From positions 256,330 through 320,329 of the forward strand of contig CAWBXO010000002.1 of assembly GCA_963792785.1 (NCBI GenBank): 64,000 bases of DNA. The letters are read 5' to 3'. A model generated the notes under the pieces. It saw only the letters and a list, made by a program, of their open reading frames with translations. It ran no database searches and was not told where the DNA came from. Made by a program: the position numbers and the translations under genes. This document shows positions 8,979 through 18,284 of this stretch, one piece after another; the stretch's first letter is position 1; the number at the start of each line of letters is the position of its first letter. This DNA is from an uncultured Acidobacteriota bacterium. Lineage in GTDB: Bacteria > Acidobacteriota > Vicinamibacteria > Vicinamibacterales > CAVVIG01.

Positions 8979-10013
8979 GTGCGCACGCGACGCCCACGAT
9001 ACCCGGGCCGGAACCCTCGGAGATTCGAGGACAAGTACAAGGAACTGAACCCCGAGAAGTACGCCGCCGAGGTGCAGAAGATCCTCGCGTCCGGCAAGAC
9101 GCCGGCGGGCACGCATCGCCCGATCATGGCGGAGGAAGTCCTTCGCTGCTTTCGACCGGCGCCCGGCGACGTGGCCGTCGACTGCACGCTCGGTGGTGGC
9201 GGCCACGCACGGGCGATCCTCGAACGCGTGCAGCCCGGCGGACGCCTGATCGGACTCGACGTCGATCCGTTCGAATTGCCCCGCACCGAGGCCCTGCTCC
9301 GGACGGCCGGCTTCGGCCCCGACACCTTCGTCGCCCGCCACGGGAACTTCGCCGGCCTGCCGCAGGTGCTCGCCGCCGAAGGACTCTCGGCCGCCGATCT
9401 GATCCTCGCCGACCTGGGCGTCTCCTCGATGCAGCTGGACAACCCCGCGCGCGGCTTCAGCTACAAGGGGGCCGGCCCCCTCGACATGCGGATGAATCCC
9501 TCGCGTGGCGAACCCGCGTCGCAGCTCCTCGCCCGCGTCAGCGAAGAGACGCTCGCGCGCCTGCTGCAGGCGAACGCCGACGAACCGCACGCCGCGCTCA
9601 TCGCCAGTGTGCTCAAGCGGCAGCCGATCGAGACGACCCACGCCGTCGAGCGCCTGGTGCGCACCGGACTCACCTCCGCCCTGCCGACGCTGGCGAAGAC
9701 CGACGTGAAGATGTCGGTTCGCCGGACGTTCCAGGCGCTGCGCATTGCGGTGAATGACGAGTTGTCCGCCCTCGACGCGCTGCTGCGTTCGCTGCCGCAG
9801 TGCCTCGCGCCGGGCGGTCGAGTCGTGATCCTGACCTTCCACTCCGGCGAAGACCGGCGCGTCAAGAAGGCGTTTCAGGCGGGCTCTCGATCGGGGGTGT
9901 ATTCCGCTGTGGCAGACGAGGTCATTCGCGCGACAAAGGAAGAGACCCGCGCGAACCGGCGAGCCTCGTCCGCGAAGTTGCGCTGGGCCGTGCGCGGCCA
10001 CGGTTCCTTATAG
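8979..10013 (+). CDS. rsmH: 16S rRNA (cytosine1402-N4)-methyltransferase RsmH/MraW-family, with about 45-aa N-terminal extension
   Basis: RsmH signatures are present: 'HRPIMAEEVL', 'DCTLGGGGHARAIL', 'ADLGVSSMQLDNPARGFSY', 'GPLDMRMN', 'LRIAVNDELSAL', 'ILTFHSGEDRRVK'. Confidence 0.85.
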   Translation: MRTRRPRYPGRNPRRFEDKYKELNPEKYAAEVQKILASGKTPAGTHRPIMAEEVLRCFRPAPGDVAVDCTLGGGGHARAILERVQPGGRLIGLDVDPFELPRTEALLRTAGFGPDTFVARHGNFAGLPQVLAAEGLSAADLILADLGVSSMQLDNPARGFSYKGAGPLDMRMNPSRGEPASQLLARVSEETLARLLQANADEPHAALIASVLKRQPIETTHAVERLVRTGLTSALPTLAKTDVKMSVRRTFQALRIAVNDELSALDALLRSLPQCLAPGGRVVILTFHSGEDRRVKKAFQAGSRSGVYSAVADEVIRATKEETRANRRASSAKLRWAVRGHGSL

Positions 10014-10047
10014 AGCGTCACCGGAAACCGACCGGGACCGGAGACCT

Positions 10048-10197
10048 TCAGCTGCCCGCCGAGACCTTCGCCGCGTGCGCGTCCTGCTTGTCCTTGCGCG
10101 CGGCGTTTCGCGTCTGCCACGACTTGCCTTCGGTCTTCGGCTTCGGCTTCAGCTTCTTGTGCGACTCACGGGTCGGCGGTGTGGTCGTGTTGGCCAT
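10048..10197 (-). CDS. Possible small highly basic protein (49 aa)
   Basis: Manually translated: 'MANTTTPPTRESHKKLKPKPKTEGKSWQTRNAARKDKQDAHAAKVSAGS'. It is below the ORF-track length cutoff and has no recognised homology. Confidence 0.2.
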   Translation of the reverse strand: MANTTTPPTRESHKKLKPKPKTEGKSWQTRNAARKDKQDAHAAKVSAGS

Positions 10198-10219
10198 GTG
10201 TTCCTTTGCTCCGAGCCTA

Positions 10220-10486
10220 TCACGTTCTCCGGCGAGGGGTCAGCGCCTTGCGGGCACGCGTCGCGGCCGTTCGCGACTTCCTGGCCACGCTCGCCGCCCT
10301 GTTGACGACGGCACCCGACCGCGCCCCGGTCTTCTCGGCGAACGCGATGAGCTTCTTTTGAGCCTTCGTGTATTTCTTCGGCCGAGGCTTCAACTTGCTG
10401 ACGCGTCCGGCGACACGGCCGAGCGCGCGGCCGGTCATCTTGGCGGCCTTGATGATTCTCTCGCCTGGTTTCCGACGCTTGGCCAT
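10220..10486 (-). CDS. Small Lys/Arg-rich hypothetical protein
   Basis: 88-aa ORF 'MAKRRKPGERIIKAAKMTGRALGRVAGRVSKLKPRPKKYTKAQKK...'. It lies co-directionally between the redoxin gene and the 49-aa ORF. Confidence 0.35.
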   Translation of the reverse strand: MAKRRKPGERIIKAAKMTGRALGRVAGRVSKLKPRPKKYTKAQKKLIAFAEKTGARSGAVVNRAASVARKSRTAATRARKALTPRRRT

Positions 10487-10504
10487 ATGCGCTCCTTCCT
10501 TCTT

Positions 10505-11746
10505 TTATGGCTTCGCCGGCTCATCGATGAGCCGCGCGATCAGATCGTGTTCTTCCTGCTTCAACTGCAGGTGCTCGTCGCCGGTGGCTTCGCTCGCGAA
10601 ACCAGCGTGCACGCGCCTGACCCGGCCGTCGCGTCCCAGGATGATGGTCGTGGGGTAGACGGCGAAGTTGACCAGCTGCGACAGCTTCGCGGCGGCCTCG
10701 TCGGTGGTTCCCGCCACCAGGATCGGGAACTCGACGCCGTAGCGTTTGGTGAAAGCGAGCACGCGCGGGCGGGCCACTGACAGCGTCGCGTCGTTTTCGA
10801 AGAACAGGCCGACGACCTCCAGGCCTGTCGCGTGGAACTCGTGGTAGAGCTCGGTCATGAACGGCGCTTCGTCATGGCAGTTCGGGCACCAGGTCCCGCC
10901 GATGGTGAGCAGGACCACCCGGCCCTGAAACATGGCGTCGGCATCGCTGATCGTCTTCCCGTCGAGATCGGATCCGGAGAAGTGAAAGCGCTCGGCCGGA
11001 TCCTTCACGCTGGTGAAGCGCGACAGGTCGGGCGGCTCGGGTATGCCCTTCGCCCGCGCCTCATTCGTGCGCGCCGCGAGATAGGTCGCCCGATGATCGA
11101 GCGTCACGCTGAGCGTGCCGTCCGCGTTGGGCTGCGCCTCGAAGAGCAGCGGCCTCTCGCCGGCGAAGTGGCTCATCACCAGCCGGCCGTCCTCCCAATG
11201 GCCGACGAGCGTTCCCGTATCGCCCGACGTTTTCAGGATCGCGCCCGAGACTTCGGGACCGGATTGCCGGAGGTAGAGCCGCCACGACACGTCGAGCTTC
11301 GACCCGTCGTCGGCGGTGTGATACATGGCCCAGTTGCCCTCGACCTCGGGAACCTCGCCGACCGCCTGCGCCACGGGCACAAACCGCTGCGCGTGAAATT
11401 CCCGCCGACGCGCCGTCGCGCCTGCACTGCCATAGGTGCCGCGGAGCTGGTCGCCCTCGAGCGTGGCTTCGAGCGTCGTGTTGAGAAAGTCCCACTCGAG
11501 CGTCAGTGTTCCGTTGTCGAGGCTGCCAGACGTCGAGCCCACCTTCCGATCGCCCTCGAAGAAGAAGCCTTGGGCCAGAGGTCCGTCTTGCGCGATCTCG
11601 AAACGGAAGGGGACGTCCACGTTGTTGGCGACGACGACCGCGTCCCACAGTCCGGCCATGCCCGGGGCGGCCGGTGCGGGCGTACGGGAGCAGCCAACTG
11701 CCGTGGTGACAAGGATCAGCGCGCAGGCGTTCAGGATTCTAGACAT
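10505..11746 (-). CDS. Lipoprotein with C-terminal TlpA/ResA-like thioredoxin-fold domain (thiol:disulfide oxidoreductase)
   Basis: Lipobox 'LVTTAVGC'. The C-terminal domain has 'VVLLTIGGTWCPNCHDEAPFMTELYHEF...GLEVVGLFFE' (WCxxC). The N-terminal 250 aa are not recognised. Confidence 0.8.
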   Translation of the reverse strand: MSRILNACALILVTTAVGCSRTPAPAAPGMAGLWDAVVVANNVDVPFRFEIAQDGPLAQGFFFEGDRKVGSTSGSLDNGTLTLEWDFLNTTLEATLEGDQLRGTYGSAGATARRREFHAQRFVPVAQAVGEVPEVEGNWAMYHTADDGSKLDVSWRLYLRQSGPEVSGAILKTSGDTGTLVGHWEDGRLVMSHFAGERPLLFEAQPNADGTLSVTLDHRATYLAARTNEARAKGIPEPPDLSRFTSVKDPAERFHFSGSDLDGKTISDADAMFQGRVVLLTIGGTWCPNCHDEAPFMTELYHEFHATGLEVVGLFFENDATLSVARPRVLAFTKRYGVEFPILVAGTTDEAAAKLSQLVNFAVYPTTIILGRDGRVRRVHAGFASEATGDEHLQLKQEEHDLIARLIDEPAKP

Positions 11747-11813
11747 CTTATGGAGGAGCTCTTGTGAGGAGCTCTTGTGTGGATAAGTGTAGCTCCGATA
11801 TCACTGAGCCGGT

Positions 11814-12554
11814 TCAGAAGGTGACCACAAGGGCGACCGACGTCAGCGTGTCCGTGGTGCGGAAGCCGGGAGCCGGCTTGTGCAGATATTCCACCCGCTG
11901 CGAGAGCTTCAGCGACAGCGCCGTTGCGATCGCTGCCGCGACGCTCGCCTCGTTCGCCACGCGGACGTCGCCGGAATCGCTCAGGTTCTGCGTGACATTG
12001 AGCTCTTCGGCGACGGTGCTGTGGTCGCTGATCTTCCAACCGTAGCGCGCTCCGGCGCCCGCCGTCGAGGCCGACGTCCGCGGCGCGTTGACGTGCACCT
12101 CACGCAGGTAGCCGAGGCTGCCGAACACCTGGAGCGTCTGCGGGCCCGGAGGCAGGACGTCGAGCGCCAGACCGCCGTTCACCTGTTCGCGGCTGCCGAT
12201 CCCGGCGAATCGGTTGCGCAGGAACAGGAAATCACCGAAGCCGTGGAGGCGCGCGCGAATCAGGCGCGAGGCCCGGGCCGCCGCCGCGAGCGACGATGCC
12301 GTGACGATCGATTCCGAAGAGCTTCGGACTCCGGTGACACGCGCGAGCGCGTCCCACACGCCCGGGCGATGATAGTCGAGCTCACCGCCGGCCCCGTACG
12401 TCTGCGTCCGGCTGTTGCCGGTCGCGGCCACGATCGAGATCTGCGCCAGGCCCGACCAGCCCTCGGGCGGCGGCTCGGGCGCCTGCGCGCGGGCCACGGC
12501 CGGCGCGAGGAGGAGGCAGCCACAGACCGGGATCCACTGGAGGATGTGCTTCAT
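11814..12554 (-). CDS. DUF481-family outer-membrane beta-barrel protein
   Basis: Signal peptide ending in 'ARAQA'. It contains 'GWSGLAQISIVAATGNSRTQTYGAGGELDY', alternating beta-strand patterns, and a C-terminal '...ALVVTF'. Confidence 0.65.
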   Translation of the reverse strand: MKHILQWIPVCGCLLLAPAVARAQAPEPPPEGWSGLAQISIVAATGNSRTQTYGAGGELDYHRPGVWDALARVTGVRSSSESIVTASSLAAAARASRLIRARLHGFGDFLFLRNRFAGIGSREQVNGGLALDVLPPGPQTLQVFGSLGYLREVHVNAPRTSASTAGAGARYGWKISDHSTVAEELNVTQNLSDSGDVRVANEASVAAAIATALSLKLSQRVEYLHKPAPGFRTTDTLTSVALVVTF

Positions 12555-12564
12555 GCGTACACCG

Positions 12565-12840
12565 TCACAAGGCCGCCCGGCGGAACAGGCCGAGGATTGC
12601 GACGAACAGCGCCGCGCCGATGATCGACCAGACGATCGGGAACGCCTGCCCGCCGATCGTCAGGACGAAAAGCGCCGGCAGGCCGAGCGCCGAGGCGAGC
12701 CACGTACCAAGGAGCGCGCCGATGAACCCCAGCGCGACCGAGGCGAGACAGCCGATGCCAGAGAAGCCTCCGAGGGTCTCGCCGATGCCGCCGCAAATGC
12801 CGGCGACGATGAGAAGAATGATGAAGTCGGCGATTGTCAC
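12565..12840 (-). CDS. GlsB/YeaQ/YmgE-family small membrane protein
   Basis: Gly-rich three-helix pattern 'ADFIILLIVAGICGGIGETLGG...FIGALLGTWLA...PIVWSIIGAALFVAILGLF'. I chose the GTG start at 12840; the longest ORF reaches 12912. Confidence 0.7.
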   Translation of the reverse strand: MTIADFIILLIVAGICGGIGETLGGFSGIGCLASVALGFIGALLGTWLASALGLPALFVLTIGGQAFPIVWSIIGAALFVAILGLFRRAAL

Positions 12841-12915
12841 GTGCGCCCCCTGAACGAGCTCGCGACCACGGGCGAGCTTGCCATTACGCAAGCAAGAATC
12901 TGACCACGCCACACA

Positions 12916-13560
12916 TCAGCTCGATGGAGCACCGGACAGCGCGCGTTCGGCGCGATCTTCCAGCCGTTGCTCGTGCCGCCGGACGAAGAGCACGCCGCCG
13001 CCCGCCGCCGCCGCCGTGCCGCCAAGCAGCACGAGATTGAGCGGCCCGGTGAATCGCGAAAGCGTCTGGCCGAGGCTATAGGCGAGAAACCCGTATCCCG
13101 CCGCCCATAGGACGCCGCCCGCGGCGTTGAAGAACAGAAACCGCTTCCACCCCATGCGGTTGATGCCCGCGAGCAGGGCGGCGAAGGTGCGAAGGACGGC
13201 AATGAAGCGCCCGAAAAAGACGACCTTGCCGCCGTGACGATGGAAGAGGTACTGGCCGAGCTTGAGCCGTCGAGGGGTGAGGCGCAACACCGGCGCGTGC
13301 CGCCGGATCCACGGATACCCGAGGTCGCGCCCGACCCAGAAACCGATGTTGTCGCCGGCGATCGCCCCGAGGGCCGCGGCGATGACGACGCTGAAGATGC
13401 TGATGCGGCCTGTTGAGCCTGCGTAGACCGCCGCGGTCAGGAGCGTCGTCTCGCCCGGCAGGGGCAGGCCGACGCTCTCGAGCCCGACCACGACCGCGAC
13501 GATCCATCCGCCGTGCGCGGCGATGAGGCTCTTCAGGAACGCGTCGGCGGCCGCCAGCAT
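12916..13560 (-). CDS. DedA-family membrane protein
   Basis: 'GLESVGLPLPGETTLLTAAVYAG', 'AIAGDNIGFWVGRDLG' and 'HGGKVVFFGRFIAVLRTFAALLAGI' match DedA/SNARE-associated motifs. Confidence 0.8.
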   Translation of the reverse strand: MLAAADAFLKSLIAAHGGWIVAVVVGLESVGLPLPGETTLLTAAVYAGSTGRISIFSVVIAAALGAIAGDNIGFWVGRDLGYPWIRRHAPVLRLTPRRLKLGQYLFHRHGGKVVFFGRFIAVLRTFAALLAGINRMGWKRFLFFNAAGGVLWAAGYGFLAYSLGQTLSRFTGPLNLVLLGGTAAAAGGGVLFVRRHEQRLEDRAERALSGAPSS

Positions 13561-13604
13561 GCCGGGCGGAGATGCAACGGCCGATCCGCAGCCTACAATG
13601 CGGT

Positions 13605-13955
<351 letters not shown>

Positions 13956-14167
13956 TCGGTTGAACTGGACGATCGGGCTGCCGTGAAGCTGGCATACCAC
14001 GCCCGAGGTGGCAGCTGTGCCCAACGGCGTCCAACGGGAACATCTGGAACATCAATTGCTCCACACAGATTTGTTTAGGCCGGATCGCCGGGATTTCGGC
14101 GTGGTCCGCCCGCGCGCGCGAGAAGCCCGTCGAGCGGCGATCCGGCCAGGCCAGAAATGGGAGGCCG

Positions 14168-14653
14168 ATGATGGCATCGCGAATCATCGTTGCCACGCTG
14201 CTCGCCCTCGGGACTCTGTCCCCAGCGACGTTTGCAGTGCCACGCAGCAGCGCGGCGCCGGTGCGGCAGTTGGCGGTGGTCAGCTTCGACAAAGCGACCG
14301 ATGTCGCTGGCGTGCTGCTGAATGCAGGACAGTACGTGATCGTCCACGATGCCGGAAAAATGGCTCGCGGCGAGGCGTGCACGACTTTTTACCGCTTCGG
14401 TGAATCCGGGGAGGCCGCTCTAGAGGAGGCCGTGTCGTTTCATTGCATCCCTCGCGAGCGCGAAGTCGCCCACAAGACCACACTCACCATGACCACGGTC
14501 CCCTGCGACAAAAGTGGTTGCCTTGACGATTGGTACATGAACAAACTGCTCGAATACCAATTCGCAGGTGATTCAGAAGGGCATGGCGTTCCGGATCGAA
14601 CGCCCGCTTTTGCTGGTGCGAAAGGGTCCGAGGAACGGCCCACCATGCAATAG
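14168..14653 (+). CDS. Secreted hypothetical protein
   Basis: 161-aa ORF with signal peptide 'MMASRIIVATLLALGTLSPATFA' and several Cys residues. No recognisable family. Local GC looks lower than its surroundings. Confidence 0.4.
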   Translation: MMASRIIVATLLALGTLSPATFAVPRSSAAPVRQLAVVSFDKATDVAGVLLNAGQYVIVHDAGKMARGEACTTFYRFGESGEAALEEAVSFHCIPREREVAHKTTLTMTTVPCDKSGCLDDWYMNKLLEYQFAGDSEGHGVPDRTPAFAGAKGSEERPTMQ

Positions 14654-15001
14654 CGGGTGTTGAGGGCTGGACCGGCAGCGGCGCGCGTTCTCTTCGACGC
14701 GCGACCGGCTAGTGCTGGAGACAGTCGGTTGGGTTGGCTCCCGCGACCACGCCAACGGTGAACGCATCGCCTATCCCGCAATAGAAGATGTTGATCGAGA
14801 GATTGGCACTGCTTTGTCTCCGCATCGAACGATACTCAATGGGGTTTCGCCCCGATCGCTTTCGCCATTACCACCGACGCTTGAATCTCACCTATCTCTC
14901 GCCGCAACTGGATCGCCAACTATACTGCCAGTCCATGTCACGGGGCCGTGACATTCCCACGATCCAGCCCTGGGACGCGACGGGCTTATAGTCAGGGAAC
15001 C

Positions 15002-15643
15002 GTGCGTCGATCCACGCTTCTCAAGATTGTCCTTGGACTGGCGGCCCTCGCGCTGTTCGGCGTCCTCTTCGTTCGCTCGGCGAGGAACACAGCCGCGCAG
15101 CCGTACACGATGGAGCGGGCGCAGCTCGACGGGTGGGTGGTCGCGCTCGACCCCGCGCCCGACGCGTCCGGCGTCGTGCTGGGTCTGCGCCCGCCGGGCA
15201 CCCTGGCCCCGCCGCTCTTCAACCAGATTTTCTCGCGCGTCGGACTCACGCTCAACCAGCCGGACCCGCTGGCGATGCCGCTCGTGCTGAACGCGGAGTT
15301 CGATCGTCCGGGAATGGCCGGCGCGTTGCCCCTCGACGCGCTCGAGGACATGGCGCGCGCGAGCGGTCTCCAATCGACGCCGCCGCTGCCGACCTGCCTG
15401 GCGCACCGCCGCATCAGCCAGCCGGGTTCGACCCGCGATCTATTCTTTCTACGATTCGAGTTCCCCCCACTTGCGGCGTTGCGCCTCGCCATCGCCGCGC
15501 GCCTCGGCCCTGCCGCCGGCTTCGACCCTGCCGGCCTCAGCCCCATCGTCATCATCGCTGGCACCGACAGGGACTTCCGCAGCTGGCTGCCGCTGCAGGG
15601 CGACGCCACCCAGGACTGCGTCGCGCCGATCGTGGTGCAATAG
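15002..15643 (+). CDS. Membrane-anchored hypothetical protein
   Basis: The ORF spans 14948..15643. I prefer the GTG at 15002, giving 'VRRSTLLKIVLGLAALALFGVLFV' as an N-terminal anchor. No recognisable family. Confidence 0.4.
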   Translation: MRRSTLLKIVLGLAALALFGVLFVRSARNTAAQPYTMERAQLDGWVVALDPAPDASGVVLGLRPPGTLAPPLFNQIFSRVGLTLNQPDPLAMPLVLNAEFDRPGMAGALPLDALEDMARASGLQSTPPLPTCLAHRRISQPGSTRDLFFLRFEFPPLAALRLAIAARLGPAAGFDPAGLSPIVIIAGTDRDFRSWLPLQGDATQDCVAPIVVQ

Positions 15644-15655
15644 CTCCCGCCCGAG

Positions 15656-16162
15656 CTACAGCGTGTCCTGGCGCGCGAAGCGTCCCTCGTAGACGGCGCT
15701 GCCCTCGCAGCGCTGGAGCACGATCTGAAGGAGCCGCACACCCGCGTGGATTAGCAGCGTCCGGCCCGACAGGTTCGACATCTCGAGCACCTGGCGGTTC
15801 GCGACGCCCGGCTGCACGAAGCCCGACGTGACGTGGATCATGAGGCCGAGGCGCGCAAACCGACTGCGGCCTTCGAGCCATCCACCGATGTCTCCGGGCA
15901 GCGTGATGCGCTCGCGAGTGATGCCGTGGATGGTCTCGCCCGGGGCCAGCGGATACGGCGTCTGGAGCGAGCGCACGTCGGTCATCGTCCGGTAATCGAC
16001 GTCGTCCGTCACCGAGACCGGCTCGCGCCCGTGCATGACGCGGATCTCGTCGCCAAGATGCAGGTCGATCGACGCCGCCCCCACCTGGTCCGGGAAGAAC
16101 GGATCGATCACCACTCGCCCTGCCTCGATCTCCCGCCGAATGACGTCGCGCGTGAGGATCAT
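15656..16162 (-). CDS. dcd: dCTP deaminase (dUTPase superfamily)
   Basis: 168 aa. 'AASIDLHLG', 'GWLEGRSRFARLGLMIHVTSGFVQPG' and 'LEMSN' resemble the Dcd family. Confidence 0.85.
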   Translation of the reverse strand: MILTRDVIRREIEAGRVVIDPFFPDQVGAASIDLHLGDEIRVMHGREPVSVTDDVDYRTMTDVRSLQTPYPLAPGETIHGITRERITLPGDIGGWLEGRSRFARLGLMIHVTSGFVQPGVANRQVLEMSNLSGRTLLIHAGVRLLQIVLQRCEGSAVYEGRFARQDTL

Positions 16163-16192
16163 CGTGTCAATTCAAGTGTAGCTCGCGGAACA

Positions 16193-17563
16193 CTACGAAC
16201 GGCGCCGGTGAGCCTCGACGGCCGTCAGACACACGGCCAGCCACACCAGGCCCGCCGCGATGCCCGCCAGCACGTCGCTCGGGTAGTGCGCACCGAGGTA
16301 GACGCGGCTCGTCGCGATGAGCAGAATCAGCGCCGCCGCCGAGACCGCGACCGCGACGCGTCGCCGCCACGAGTCGAGCGTGACCATCAGCCAGACGGCC
16401 AGGAATCCGTAGAGCGTCGTGGCGCTCATCGCGTGCCCGCTCGGAAAGCTGAAGCTCGTGAGCATCACCAGGGGATGCGCCCACTGCGGGCGCGCACGGT
16501 GAAAGGCGTGCTTCAGCAGCACGTTCAGGAGTTCTCCGCCGGGCACGACGAGCACGAGCCCGGTCAGCCAGTATTGCAACCCTCGCCAGAGGAAGTACGC
16601 GCCGGCCGCGACGCTCAGCGCGGCGACGACGCGCCAGCCGCCCAGTTGCGTCAGCAGCTCCACCACTCGCGTCAGGCCTGGCGTGTTGTGCGCCTCGAAC
16701 CAGTGCGAGACGAGGCGATCGACGTGCGTGAGCGGATCGCCCGCGACAACGTCCTGGGCGATGCCGCCGAAGATCCAGGCGAAGGTCACCAGCACGAGGA
16801 CGCCGACGGTCAGGTACAAGCCGAGCTCCCCTTCCGGGGAGAGCCGCGCGATGAGGAAACTCCGCGCGCGCGCAACGCGGACGCCGATCGCCCCGGTCGT
16901 CGCACGGCGCCGCACGGCGGCAAACCGTCGGGTGATCGCCGCTTCGTGACGCTCCGCCCATCGCCAGAGCAGCGTCAGGCCGATGAAACCAGCAAACACG
17001 GCGGCGACGACGACGCTCGCGCGCCCCATCCAGACTTCCGCCCGGTGCCAGCTCTCTCCGAGGACGAACCCGAGCCAGACGAAGGTGGCGGCCCACATCA
17101 CGCCGCCCGCGGCGTTGTACGGGAGGAACACGGAATAGCGCATGCCAGAGGAACCGGCCACGAACGGCGCCAGCGCCCGGAGGAACCCGACGAACCGGCC
17201 GGCGAAGACGGCCTTGCCCCCGTATCGCGCGAAGAAGCGATCCACCCGCTTCAGGGCCGCGCCATCGACGCCGATCCACCGCCCGTGTTTCACGAGCGCG
17301 GCGCGCCCGGCACGCCGGCCGAGCTCATAGCCGAGTGTGTCACCGAGAATCGCGCCGGCGGCGACGATGATGAACAGATCGACCGGCTCGAAGACGCCAC
17401 GCGACGCGAGAAACCCCGCGAGCAGCACGATGCTCTCGCCGGGTACCAGGAGGCCGATGAAGGCGGCCGACTCCAGCGTCGCCGCGACGAAGACGGCCAG
17501 GTATCCCCAGTGGCCGAGATCGGTGATCACCTGGGGGAAGCCGTCCAGCATGCCGTTCGCCAA
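16193..17563 (-). CDS. Bifunctional DedA-family / PAP2 (acid phosphatase/undecaprenyl-PP phosphatase-like) membrane protein
   Basis: The N-terminal half is DedA ('ATLESAAFIGLLVPGE', 'ILGDTLGYELGRR', 'YGGKAVFAGRFVGFLRALAPFVAG'). The C-terminal half has PAP2 motifs 'KHAFHRARP', 'PSGH' and 'SRVYLGAHYPSDV'. Confidence 0.8.
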   Translation of the reverse strand: MANGMLDGFPQVITDLGHWGYLAVFVAATLESAAFIGLLVPGESIVLLAGFLASRGVFEPVDLFIIVAAGAILGDTLGYELGRRAGRAALVKHGRWIGVDGAALKRVDRFFARYGGKAVFAGRFVGFLRALAPFVAGSSGMRYSVFLPYNAAGGVMWAATFVWLGFVLGESWHRAEVWMGRASVVVAAVFAGFIGLTLLWRWAERHEAAITRRFAAVRRRATTGAIGVRVARARSFLIARLSPEGELGLYLTVGVLVLVTFAWIFGGIAQDVVAGDPLTHVDRLVSHWFEAHNTPGLTRVVELLTQLGGWRVVAALSVAAGAYFLWRGLQYWLTGLVLVVPGGELLNVLLKHAFHRARPQWAHPLVMLTSFSFPSGHAMSATTLYGFLAVWLMVTLDSWRRRVAVAVSAAALILLIATSRVYLGAHYPSDVLAGIAAGLVWLAVCLTAVEAHRRRS

Positions 17564-17629
17564 TGATAGCGTCGGCGGGTGCGATGTCGGTTGGATGGGA
17601 GGAGGCGGAGCCGGCGGCTCCGCCCCGGT

Positions 17630-18175
17630 TCAGTGGACGATCGAAGGCGTGAGACTCGCGCGCCAGTCGCTGGCCAGAATCGAATAGAGCGCCTGATCGT
17701 GGTACTCGCCGCGGCGCTGGAACGACCGCCGCAGGACGCATTCCCGCACGGCGCCGACCTTGGCCAGTGCGCCATTGCCGCGCCCGTTGCGGACCGAGGC
17801 GCGCGCCTCCAGGCGCTCCACCCCGAGGGTGTCGAACGCGAACGCCAGCGTGAGCGCGGCGCCGTCGGCGAACACGCCCGTGCCCCAGAACGCCGATCCG
17901 ATCGCGAAGCCCCACTCCGCCGTCTCGAAGGTCGCCCCGAGGGCGCGGATCTGGAAGATCCCGATCGCGGCGTCCAGCCCCGGCACCGTCACGGCGAAGC
18001 AGATGTAGGTCCCGGCCGCCGCCTGCTGGTGCGTCCAGGCGATGAAGCGCTCGAACCCCTCCACCGTGGTCGGCGGCGGCGAGATGAAGCGCGAGACTTC
18101 CTCGGTCGTCAGCAGCGCGTGCAGCGATGGCGCGTCCGACGGCCGGAGCTGGCGCAGCGTCACCCGGCGTCCCAC
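17630..18175 (-). CDS. GNAT-family N-acetyltransferase (RimJ/RimL-like)
   Basis: 'VTLRQLRPSDAPSLHALL' and 'WGFAIGSAFWGTGVFADGAALTLAFAFDTLGVERLEARASVRNGRGNGALAKVGA' fit the Acetyltransf_3 pattern. Confidence 0.8.
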   Translation of the reverse strand: MGRRVTLRQLRPSDAPSLHALLTTEEVSRFISPPPTTVEGFERFIAWTHQQAAAGTYICFAVTVPGLDAAIGIFQIRALGATFETAEWGFAIGSAFWGTGVFADGAALTLAFAFDTLGVERLEARASVRNGRGNGALAKVGAVRECVLRRSFQRRGEYHDQALYSILASDWRASLTPSIVH

Positions 18176-18284
18176 CGAGGGCGGGCAGCGCGCGCTGCCA
18201 GTCGGAGGCGGCCGCCGCGACCGTCGGCGGCATCACCGCCACGGCGTCACGAGCCGGCTGATACGGCATCCTCTCCATGAGAGG

